A DNA stretch of 37,474 bases from an uncultured Candidatus Saccharibacteria bacterium (GTDB taxonomy: Bacteria > Patescibacteriota > Minisyncoccia > Phycocordibacterales > CALRHW01), in contig CAYTVX010000001.1 in assembly GCA_964441885.1 (NCBI GenBank), forward strand, positions 6,559 through 44,032. Reading direction: 5' to 3'. This document shows positions 26,593 through 33,999 of the stretch, piece by piece. The position numbers were made by a program, and so were the translations under genes. A model generated the notes under the pieces. That model searched no databases. It saw only the letters and a list, made by a program, of their open reading frames with translations, and had not been told where the DNA came from. Positions within the stretch are counted from its first letter, which is position 1. Each line of letters begins with the position of its first letter.

Positions 26593-28380
26593 CTAAACTT
26601 CGAGCATTTTGCGGAGCACATCTTCTGGCACTTCTTTTGGACCAACTGGTGGTTGGGATTGTGCTTGTGGTCTTGCTTCACCGCGTATTTGTCCTTTGTT
26701 TTCAACCCTTGGTACTTCATTTTCTATTTTTACAGTTGATACTGAATCTTTTGGTATTCCTGTCTTTGTTTTTTCAACAATAGAAGCAAGTGCTTGTTTT
26801 AAACTTGAAACATTCTCTTTTGTTGGAGTCTTGTGATCAATTATATTTTTCTTTTCTGGTTTTTTTAAAGATTCAAGAGAAATAGGAGCTGGTGGTTTGT
26901 GTTCTACAACGGGTTCCTTTACTACCTCCTTTATCTGAATTTTTCCATCTCCAGAAATCTTTATAGCCTCAAAAGGATTTTTCTGAGGAGGCATCGCTGG
27001 CATGTCCTTTTTTCTTGGCTTATCATTTTGTGATCTATGCTCTTGCTGATGCATAGTCTGTGGCCTATTTTCTGGTTTTGGATTACTTAAATTGATGGGT
27101 TGATGCCACATATTTATTTCATCTTCTACATCCTTTCTTGGTCGAGCAAACTGCTTTCTAGAATTTTCAATAATCTCATCTCTAGACAAAAGACCGTCTT
27201 TTTCAATTGGAGGAAGGGTGGTAGCAGAAAAAGGTGGAGACGTCACACCGTCTATCATCAATTTCAAATAAATTTGTATATATCCTAAATTAACCAAATC
27301 CTCAGCTGTAAATGTAGGCATGAATTCCTTTTCAAGCACTTCTGCATCAAATGCTCCAACACGAAATACAATCATCGTACCAACGTTTCCAAACACAGCA
27401 TCACGCACCTCTTCAGACATCTGCTCTATATACTGATGAGCAATTGTAAGATTCAACTTATATTTTCTCGCCTCAGAAAGAATGTCGGCAAAAGATTCAT
27501 TAGCAAAATTTTGAAATTCATCCACGTAAAGATAAAACTGCGGAAGGGTGTGCAAAACACGCTCGGTCACATCAGCGCGTGACATAGCGCCAAGGTAAAT
27601 TTTGGTAATGAGCATACTTCCCAAAAGATTTGCATTTGCTTCACCCACTCGCCCCTTTGAAAGATTGACGATAAGAATTTTCCTCTCGTCCATTACTTTT
27701 CTAATATCAAAAGTAGATTTTGGTTGGCCAATAATATTGCGTACAAGTGGGTTGGAAACAAACTGTCCAATTTTATTTTGGATAGCCGCACCAGCTTCTT
27801 GCATGTATCGTTCGCCGTATTTTTCAAACTCATCAATCCAAAAAGCTTTTACAGATGGATCAGAAATATTTGCAACCACTTTTTTACGGTAATCTTTGTC
27901 TGCAAGCATTCTGTTGACACCCATCAAAGTAGAATCTGGATATTCAAGAAGCGCCAAAAGAATGTTGTTTAGAATGTACTCCATTCTGGCAGACCATGCA
28001 TCCACCCAGATTTTTTTAAAAGCACTCATCAAACCGTTGGATACCAAATGCCTTTTATCTGCACCCACATCCTCCATCACGTTAAAAGAAATTGGATAAT
28101 CAGTATCAAATGGAGCGAAATATATTATGTCTTTAACCCGCTCCTGAGGAACATACTCTAAAAGAAGGTCAGCTGTCTTTCCGTGTGGATCTACAAAAGC
28201 CATTCCTTCACCATTTCTAATATCCTGCACAGCCATATTTTCTAGTAGGGTGGATTTTCCCATACCAGTTTTTCCAATAACATAGACATGCTTTGTACGA
28301 TCTTTGGTCTTTATTCCAAATGGAGTTTTCTGATTTCTAGAATCAGTTTGCGCAAAATATGTTACAGCGTCAGGATTCAT
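26593..28380 (-). CDS. P-loop ATPase of the TraD/VirD4 (TrwB) coupling-protein / HerA-FtsK superfamily, with a disordered P/K/E/Q-rich C-terminal tail
   Basis: Walker A 'VIGKTGMGKSTLLENM', 'FVDPHG', Walker B 'FYLYVDEFQNF' and 'ARKYKLNLTIAHQYIEQM'. The last ~170 aa are low-complexity. Confidence 0.75.
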   Translation of the reverse strand: MNPDAVTYFAQTDSRNQKTPFGIKTKDRTKHVYVIGKTGMGKSTLLENMAVQDIRNGEGMAFVDPHGKTADLLLEYVPQERVKDIIYFAPFDTDYPISFNVMEDVGADKRHLVSNGLMSAFKKIWVDAWSARMEYILNNILLALLEYPDSTLMGVNRMLADKDYRKKVVANISDPSVKAFWIDEFEKYGERYMQEAGAAIQNKIGQFVSNPLVRNIIGQPKSTFDIRKVMDERKILIVNLSKGRVGEANANLLGSMLITKIYLGAMSRADVTERVLHTLPQFYLYVDEFQNFANESFADILSEARKYKLNLTIAHQYIEQMSEEVRDAVFGNVGTMIVFRVGAFDAEVLEKEFMPTFTAEDLVNLGYIQIYLKLMIDGVTSPPFSATTLPPIEKDGLLSRDEIIENSRKQFARPRKDVEDEINMWHQPINLSNPKPENRPQTMHQQEHRSQNDKPRKKDMPAMPPQKNPFEAIKISGDGKIQIKEVVKEPVVEHKPPAPISLESLKKPEKKNIIDHKTPTKENVSSLKQALASIVEKTKTGIPKDSVSTVKIENEVPRVENKGQIRGEARPQAQSQPPVGPKEVPEDVLRKMLEV

Positions 28381-28423
28381 TGGAGTATTTTAAGTTATTA
28401 TACCACAACAACACAAACGGAAA

Positions 28424-29650
28424 CTATTCTTTCAAAAGTGCACCTAAAGTATATTTATTACTTGGGCTCCAGATCATCCAAGAAGAAACGCCCGCGTCAT
28501 TACTTGCTTTTATTTGTGCCTTCACTTCAGCGATATCATAGTTACCACCATAATCAAAGTCTTGAATCCAAGTGCGTAGTTTTTTTGCAGAATCCCCCTT
28601 ATACCAAGATGGAGCACTTGTGGGTGTAATACTTGCCGTAGTACTAGCAGATAGCAAATCAAATTTTTCTGCGCGCTTTACAGCACCACTCATAGCAAAA
28701 TTTACTACTTCATAGACATGGTCGTTTGGATTTTTCCAACCATTAAAATTTTTAGGATAATGAGATGGATATACCATTGGTGCAACATAATCAAAAAAAG
28801 GAAATGCATTTTCAATCACTTGTCCAATATTTAAATCGTCCATACTAGTAGTGGTCATTCCAAAAAGATCCACCGAAGTTTTGAGTCCTGTATCTTTTAA
28901 ATGCTCATGTAGATAAACAAAAAAATCTCTTAGAGCATCTGGCTTTGTTTTTCCTGCAGAATGTGTGTACAACACATCATCCATTTTTCCATCTGAAGGA
29001 AAACGAATATAGTCAAAATTAATTTCATCAAAACCAATCGCGTAAGATTCTTTTGCAATTTCAATAATATAATCCCAATGTTCTTTTGCTCCAACATCAA
29101 TAAAACTTAATCCTTTAAAATCTTTCCACACCCCGCCAGACTTACTTTGAACACCCAAATCTGGACGTTTTTTTACCATATATGGATCCTGGAAAACGGT
29201 TACTCTACCTATCACATAGATATTTTTACTATGAAGATACTCTAAAAATTCTTTCATATCACTTGTGCCACATTTATCTGAAATAGAATCAACCAGCATT
29301 GGATTATCTGTGTCAAAAGCAAGGCGACCAGTAAAATCTTTTATATCAATAACAATTGAGTTTATTTCCGTGTCATCAGCAATTTTTACCAATCTCTCCC
29401 TGAAATCTTTGGTGCCCACGACACACTGCGTCATATAAATAGCCTTAAGCGGTGATGGTGTAGCAACGTGAGTAACTTTTTTTTCTTCCACAACAGAAGT
29501 CTCTGTTGATTTTATCTTTGCTACTTTATTTTCAGAATCATATCCAACAGCAAAAAAAGAAGAAACAAAAAAAGAAACGACTAAAAAAAATCCAATCAAC
29601 AGGACTGCTAAACCAAAATGTTTTTGTGCTTTTTTTGATACAGTCATCAA
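28424..29650 (-). CDS. membrane-anchored putative glycoside hydrolase (TIM-barrel, DUF4015/GHL-type)
   Basis: N-terminal TM, then 'NSIVIDIKDFTGRLAFDT', 'YVIGRVTVFQDP' and 'GFDEINFDYIRFP'. Confidence 0.7.
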   Translation of the reverse strand: MMTVSKKAQKHFGLAVLLIGFFLVVSFFVSSFFAVGYDSENKVAKIKSTETSVVEEKKVTHVATPSPLKAIYMTQCVVGTKDFRERLVKIADDTEINSIVIDIKDFTGRLAFDTDNPMLVDSISDKCGTSDMKEFLEYLHSKNIYVIGRVTVFQDPYMVKKRPDLGVQSKSGGVWKDFKGLSFIDVGAKEHWDYIIEIAKESYAIGFDEINFDYIRFPSDGKMDDVLYTHSAGKTKPDALRDFFVYLHEHLKDTGLKTSVDLFGMTTTSMDDLNIGQVIENAFPFFDYVAPMVYPSHYPKNFNGWKNPNDHVYEVVNFAMSGAVKRAEKFDLLSASTTASITPTSAPSWYKGDSAKKLRTWIQDFDYGGNYDIAEVKAQIKASNDAGVSSWMIWSPSNKYTLGALLKE

Positions 29651-29995
29651 CTATATCTTAATTTCTTCTTTTGATAGCTCTGAATCAACATCTATACTTG
29701 AATTTTGTTCTGTCACATCCTGCACGGGTTCTGTTTCTGAATCTAACAAAAACTCCTCTTCATGCGGTACCTCATTTTCCAAAACTGGTTCTGACTGAAC
29801 GATTTCTTTACGATCCTTTTTATGTACTGGCCTTCTAGATATTCTTTTATGTCGTGCGATTAAAAATGAAAGTGTTGATATGGCCAAACCAGAAATAATA
29901 TAAATACAGTTTTTCCACATACTTGGAAAACCCAAAAATGGCATCAAGGCCACCCATATACCAAGTATTAATATGAGACGATTTTTTGTAAACAT
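29651..29995 (-). CDS. small two-TM membrane protein with an acidic tail, unknown function
   Basis: 114 aa with two hydrophobic helices and an E/D/S-rich tail. Its stop abuts the start of the downstream hydrolase gene with a 0-nt gap. Confidence 0.5.
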   Translation of the reverse strand: MFTKNRLILILGIWVALMPFLGFPSMWKNCIYIISGLAISTLSFLIARHKRISRRPVHKKDRKEIVQSEPVLENEVPHEEEFLLDSETEPVQDVTEQNSSIDVDSELSKEEIKI

Positions 29996-30003
29996 GTAAA
30001 GAT

Positions 30004-30009
30004 ATTATA
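30004..30009 (-). promoter_or_regulatory. -10 box TATAAT 8 nt upstream of the ATG (leaderless-type arrangement)
   Basis: The minus strand reads acgtgTATAATatctttacATG. Confidence 0.35.
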
Positions 30010-30020
30010 CACGTAAAATA

Positions 30021-31331
30021 CTACAAATCTACTGGTGTAGCCAAATCATTGGCAATTGTGTTTATATCCCCGGCTCCCATCGTAATAAGCACCTCATCTT
30101 TTTTTAAAGAATTAAGTGCCTCAGAAATACTGTCCAAGCTATCATAAGCTCGGACATTTCCTCTGTGATTTGCTCGTATCTTTTCAGCAACCATCTCAGA
30201 TGAAATGCTTGGATCAAAAGACTCACGGGCCGCATATATAGGAGCGAGTAAAACATTATCAGCATCTTTAAAAGCATCCGCAAAATCCTCTAGATGATCT
30301 TTTGTCCTACTGTAAAGGTGTGGCTGAAAAGCTACTGTAATTTTTTTGCTAGGAAATAATTCCCGCGCCATAGAAAGTGTTGCCTTTATCTCTGTAGGAT
30401 GGTGTGCATAATCGTCATATACATCGGCTCCATAAATAGTTTTTCCTCTGTATTCAAAACGTCTCCACGTACCACTAAAAGTATTTAGAGAATTTAAAGC
30501 TGTTTTTTCCTCTATACCTAAAATAGACGCCACAGCAAGTGCTGCGCCAGCGTTTTTTTTATTATGATCACCCGGTAAATGAATAGCATGCTTTGCGTCT
30601 GCTAGAGAATAATCACGAATCGCACAACGAAGCCCACTGATTACTTGCGGAATATTTTCATCACTAGGATTGCACACTAAATAATCCTCTATAGTAATAC
30701 GTGAAGCCAGCTCTCTAAACGCAGACTGAATATCTGCTATATCCTTATAATAATCTAAATGATCATCATCAATGTTGGTAATTACTAAAATATTTGGATG
30801 CAAATTTAAAAATGACCTTTTGTACTCACAAGCTTCTACCACAAAATACTTGCTCTTTCCGGCAATAAAATTACTTTTTTGATCTTTTAATGAACTGCCC
30901 ACAATGACAGTTGGCTCCAAACCAGCGTCCAACAAAATTTTTGCAATCATCGCCGTTGTTGTAGTTTTACCATGAGTGCCAGATACAGCAATCGTAAATT
31001 TTTCTTTAGAAATAACCCCCAGCATTTCTGGATACGAAAGTACTGGCACACCTAGTGTTCGTGCATATTCTAAAATTTCTGGCTTGATTGTATTCCACGC
31101 AATACTATAAACAATCAAATCTGCTGTTTTGGGAATCACAGAATTGTCTGTACCAATTTTTGTATCTACACCAAATTTGCGCAAAGCTCCCACCATTTCA
31201 AATTCATCCAAATCATTGCCCGTAACAACTTTTCCTTCCAAAGCCATCATCCGAGCTATAGCAGAAATACCGATTCCTCCGATTCCTATAAAATGCGCAT
31301 GTTTTATTTTTGAAATATCAATATCTTTCAT
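30021..31331 (-). CDS. murC: UDP-N-acetylmuramate--L-alanine ligase MurC
   Basis: 'HAHFIGIGGIGISAIA', 'VSGTHGKTTTTAMI' and 'DDYAHHPTEI'. The track start at 31367 is a TTG. The ATG at 31331 (MKDIDISKIKHAHF) gives the canonical N-terminus. Confidence 0.93.
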   Translation of the reverse strand: MKDIDISKIKHAHFIGIGGIGISAIARMMALEGKVVTGNDLDEFEMVGALRKFGVDTKIGTDNSVIPKTADLIVYSIAWNTIKPEILEYARTLGVPVLSYPEMLGVISKEKFTIAVSGTHGKTTTTAMIAKILLDAGLEPTVIVGSSLKDQKSNFIAGKSKYFVVEACEYKRSFLNLHPNILVITNIDDDHLDYYKDIADIQSAFRELASRITIEDYLVCNPSDENIPQVISGLRCAIRDYSLADAKHAIHLPGDHNKKNAGAALAVASILGIEEKTALNSLNTFSGTWRRFEYRGKTIYGADVYDDYAHHPTEIKATLSMARELFPSKKITVAFQPHLYSRTKDHLEDFADAFKDADNVLLAPIYAARESFDPSISSEMVAEKIRANHRGNVRAYDSLDSISEALNSLKKDEVLITMGAGDINTIANDLATPVDL

Positions 31332-31338
31332 TGACCTT

Positions 31339-31367
31339 ACTATACCCGTAAACAGAACTCCCTTCAA
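31339..31367 (-). promoter_or_regulatory. candidate murC promoter TTGAAG-17-TATAGT, with the -10 ending 7 nt before the ATG (leaderless mRNA predicted)
   Basis: Minus strand: TTGAAG (31367-31362), a 17-nt spacer, TATAGT (31344-31339), then aaggtca and the ATG. Confidence 0.5.
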
Positions 31368-31378
31368 TATAGAGACCG

Positions 31379-31407
31379 TTGACTTGTTTACAAAATAACT
31401 ATATGGT
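31379..31407 (+). promoter_or_regulatory. candidate promoter for the plus-strand GC-rich gene (TTGACT plus a TATATG/TATGGT-like -10)
   Basis: TTGACT lies at 31379-31384, with an imperfect -10 15-17 nt downstream. It is back-to-back with the murC promoter. Confidence 0.3.
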
Positions 31408-31487
31408 TTTTAAGGACATTTCTGTCCTACCGCATACGAAAGAACACTCCAAACAATAGTCCCTTGAAAAAGGAAGGAAGATAGAAA

Positions 31488-32513
31488 ATGGAAACAACTC
31501 ATACCGATGATTGCCCAAAGCCTAAAAGGACTTTCTTGAAGTCCCTCGACGGCGTCACGATCGCCCTTTACGGACAAGCAAGCGGTGACTGGTCAACCCG
31601 ATCATGGGAGCCAGACACATCCGTGGAGCTGCGCAACAACCTGCCTACGTATCAGCGATTGAGCAGGATTGGGGAAAAGTTTGGTGCACAAAGCATCTAC
31701 TTCCCCAGACCAGACAAGTTCAACGGCAAGATCGACGCTAGTTGCCTAAACGCCGAATCCGACACCTTGCCAACCGCCGACAAGTGGCACAAGATCAGGA
31801 CAAACGGCAGCAAGACAACCATCTTGCGTGGCCCGTTGGTGGATGGAGCAATCTTCGGCCCAGGCCAAGGATTCTTCATCAACTCAGCGGACTGCCCAAC
31901 GATCGTGGCCCGCTATCTGGGTATGACCATCGCCACACATGCAGGACGAGAATGCCTCTACGACAAGTGCCTTGCGCAAACCGGCAAGAAGACTGAGGGG
32001 CGTGAACACGAAAGCGTCGTCTTTGCCATAGTCGACACGTTCAAGCAACTGGCGACAAAGCGTGGGGTGACTTTTAATCCCAACGGCATCCACGTGTTCA
32101 TCACGTGTGGCATTGCAGGAAAAAACTTCGAACACAGGCTTGACCACCCGAATTTTGGTCCAGCCAACCGAAGGATGATCCCGCACCTGCTTCAGAGTTT
32201 TCCAACGCTGCCGGGGTACCCACACGTTCTCAAACCATTTGAAGCCGGGATGATCTCTCTGCACAATCTGGCCAGAGCTCAGCTCCACATGTGTGGGGTA
32301 CCAGAGATGAACGTGTCGTCAGACGGCATCAACACCTACGATGACATCGTCCCCAGCAGAGCCCACACTAAAAACCGCAAATTCATTTGGCACAGCTACC
32401 GCCGATATGAAGAAGAATGCGCCTTGGAGTGTGCGCAGAGCGGAATGGACCCTTATTCGTTCTCAAGTCCAGAGTGCAGATATCGCAACGGGGTGCTCGT
32501 AGTGTCCCGTTGA
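31488..32513 (+). CDS. divergent YfiH/PgeF-family protein (DUF152, Cu-oxidase_4 / LACC1-like), on a GC-rich insert
   Basis: By-eye alignment to E. coli YfiH blocks: 'FINSADCPTIVA' with 'VMTADCLPVLF'; 'IATHAGRECL' with 'AAVHAGWRGL'; 'ITCGIAGKNFEH' with 'LGPAIGPRAFEV'; 'LHNLARAQLHMCGVPEMNV...TYDD...FIWHSYRR' with 'IYQLARQRLANVGVEQIF...TYTE...FFSYRR'. An SD-like AAGGAAGGAAG lies upstream and the stop is TGA. Confidence 0.7.
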   Translation: METTHTDDCPKPKRTFLKSLDGVTIALYGQASGDWSTRSWEPDTSVELRNNLPTYQRLSRIGEKFGAQSIYFPRPDKFNGKIDASCLNAESDTLPTADKWHKIRTNGSKTTILRGPLVDGAIFGPGQGFFINSADCPTIVARYLGMTIATHAGRECLYDKCLAQTGKKTEGREHESVVFAIVDTFKQLATKRGVTFNPNGIHVFITCGIAGKNFEHRLDHPNFGPANRRMIPHLLQSFPTLPGYPHVLKPFEAGMISLHNLARAQLHMCGVPEMNVSSDGINTYDDIVPSRAHTKNRKFIWHSYRRYEEECALECAQSGMDPYSFSSPECRYRNGVLVVSR

Positions 32514-32556
32514 ATCACACTCGATCCGTGATGCCTCAACCTACCTTACCTCCTTC

Positions 32557-33966
32557 CTACGCGCCCCGCTTGTCTTTACCGACGGCGGGGCGTTTCTTTT
32601 TTTCAATTTTATTTTTAAAATTTTTTACAATTTTATCAAATTGATCTCCTCTATCAAATTCATTTGTAAACATGCCAAAAGAAGCAAATCCAGGACTAAA
32701 CAAAATACTATCCCCACTGCGAGCATAGAAAAAAGCTTGAGTAAAAGCTTCTTCTAGATCTTTCGCCTCTACCACATGCACATCTTGTAACATCTGCATC
32801 TCCGGCTTTATTTTTTCTGTGCCTGTCGTATTTTTACCAGACAAAAGCACCACAGTCGTAGTTATTTCTGGTATACGATTAAGTACTGGACTCATATCTA
32901 GATTTTTATCAGCACCACCCATAATAAGAACGATATTTTTATTTTCCCCAAGTGCGTTTAGTGCAACCAAAAGTGAATCTGGGGTAGTAGACGTTGTGTC
33001 ATTGTATATATCCACACCACCGATGGTACGCACAAGCTGCATTCTACCCTCCACACCAGAAAATTTAGTAATTGATTCTTTTATAACATCCTCTCCAATC
33101 TGCAAAATATTGCCAACAGCAAAAGCAAGCTCTGCATTTCTTTTGTTGTGTTCACCCTTTGTTTGCAAACGCCAAGAATCAGGAATGGAAAGTGGCATCA
33201 TAAAATGACTTTTCAACTTTGGATACTTAGTTTGTATTTTTTTAAGTAAATCTTTTGGTGCAACCAAATAATCATTTACTATCTGTGATGTAAAAATTTT
33301 TGCTTTATCATCCCAATATAATTCCCTATCATTTTTATAATAATTAAGATGATCATCCATGAAATTGGTGAAAACTGCGATATGAGGACTAATGCCACCA
33401 TCACCAAATCCCTGCAGCTGCCAAGACGAGAGCTCAAGTACAGCGATATCCCCTGCTTTTACCTTTTTAAGCAAAGGCAAAGTCGCAACACCACGAATAT
33501 TGCCACCAAGAAAAATGCGCTGTTTCCATTTGAGTTTTTTCTTTGCATGCAAAAGCATTTCATATATGAGCATTGTGGTCGTAGTCTTACCACGAGTACC
33601 AGTCACCCCTATCAGAGTTACATCTGGCGCAAGCTTTGCAAAAAGAGACTCGTCCATTTCTACAGGAATATCGTGAGCGCGAGCCTCTGCAATAAACGAC
33701 GAGTCGAGAGGTATGCCAGCAGATTTTAAAATCATATCCCTATCACGAAAATCCTCCAGCCTATGCTCACCGAGCACATATTTTATTTTTCTAAATTTTT
33801 TAAGCTTTTTTAAGGTCGGCGCCAAATCCTCTGCACTTTTTAAATCAGTCACTATCAAATCCGCCCCGCACTCTGCAAGAAAAGCCACATCAGCTAGCCC
33901 CCTACCGAGCAAACCAAGACCCATGACGGTAATTTTTTTCTTTTTAAAATATTCTTTGTAATTCAT
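32557..33966 (-). CDS. murD: UDP-N-acetylmuramoylalanine--D-glutamate ligase MurD
   Basis: 'ITVMGLGLLGRG', 'GVTGTRGKTTTTML' and 'GEHNKRNAELA'. The track start at 33975 is a TTG, and the ATG at 33966 (MNYKEYF) is preferred. The last ~14 codons lie in the GC-rich terminator of the convergent gene. Confidence 0.92.
   Translation of the reverse strand: MNYKEYFKKKKITVMGLGLLGRGLADVAFLAECGADLIVTDLKSAEDLAPTLKKLKKFRKIKYVLGEHRLEDFRDRDMILKSAGIPLDSSFIAEARAHDIPVEMDESLFAKLAPDVTLIGVTGTRGKTTTTMLIYEMLLHAKKKLKWKQRIFLGGNIRGVATLPLLKKVKAGDIAVLELSSWQLQGFGDGGISPHIAVFTNFMDDHLNYYKNDRELYWDDKAKIFTSQIVNDYLVAPKDLLKKIQTKYPKLKSHFMMPLSIPDSWRLQTKGEHNKRNAELAFAVGNILQIGEDVIKESITKFSGVEGRMQLVRTIGGVDIYNDTTSTTPDSLLVALNALGENKNIVLIMGGADKNLDMSPVLNRIPEITTTVVLLSGKNTTGTEKIKPEMQMLQDVHVVEAKDLEEAFTQAFFYARSGDSILFSPGFASFGMFTNEFDRGDQFDKIVKNFKNKIEKKKRPAVGKDKRGA
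32562..32603 (+). terminator. GC-rich intrinsic terminator of the plus-strand gene, embedded in the murD 3' coding end
   Basis: cgccccgc (32562-32569) pairs with gcggggcg (32585-32592), followed by tttcttttttt. Confidence 0.75.
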
Positions 33967-33999
33967 ACTCAGCAAATACAGTGTTGCTGATATTATATC

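Noticed and set aside
26589-26720. A 5' extension of the GT4 ORF (track start 26720), giving a 44-aa K/Q/C-rich N-terminus.
   Set aside because: It would overlap the upstream ATPase gene by 128 nt. The canonical GT4 N-terminus (MKKILIYS...GG) starts at 26588, 4 nt after the ATPase stop.
31431-31443. A shared 12-mer, cgcatacgaaag, near the first GC islet (31432-31443) and, reverse-complemented, in the terminator at 36086-36097. Considered as a possible insertion-site repeat.
   Set aside because: 12-nt matches are expected by chance many times in a 37-kb window when both strands are considered, and there is no extended similarity around them.
31697-32288. Four overlapping ORFs inside the GC-rich insert (31697-31882 -, 31742-31996 +, 31884-32288 -, 31958-32167 -).
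   Set aside because: Stop-poor GC-rich DNA generates long spurious frames. Only the 341-aa plus-strand frame shows ordered YfiH-family motifs, an SD-like site and a terminator.
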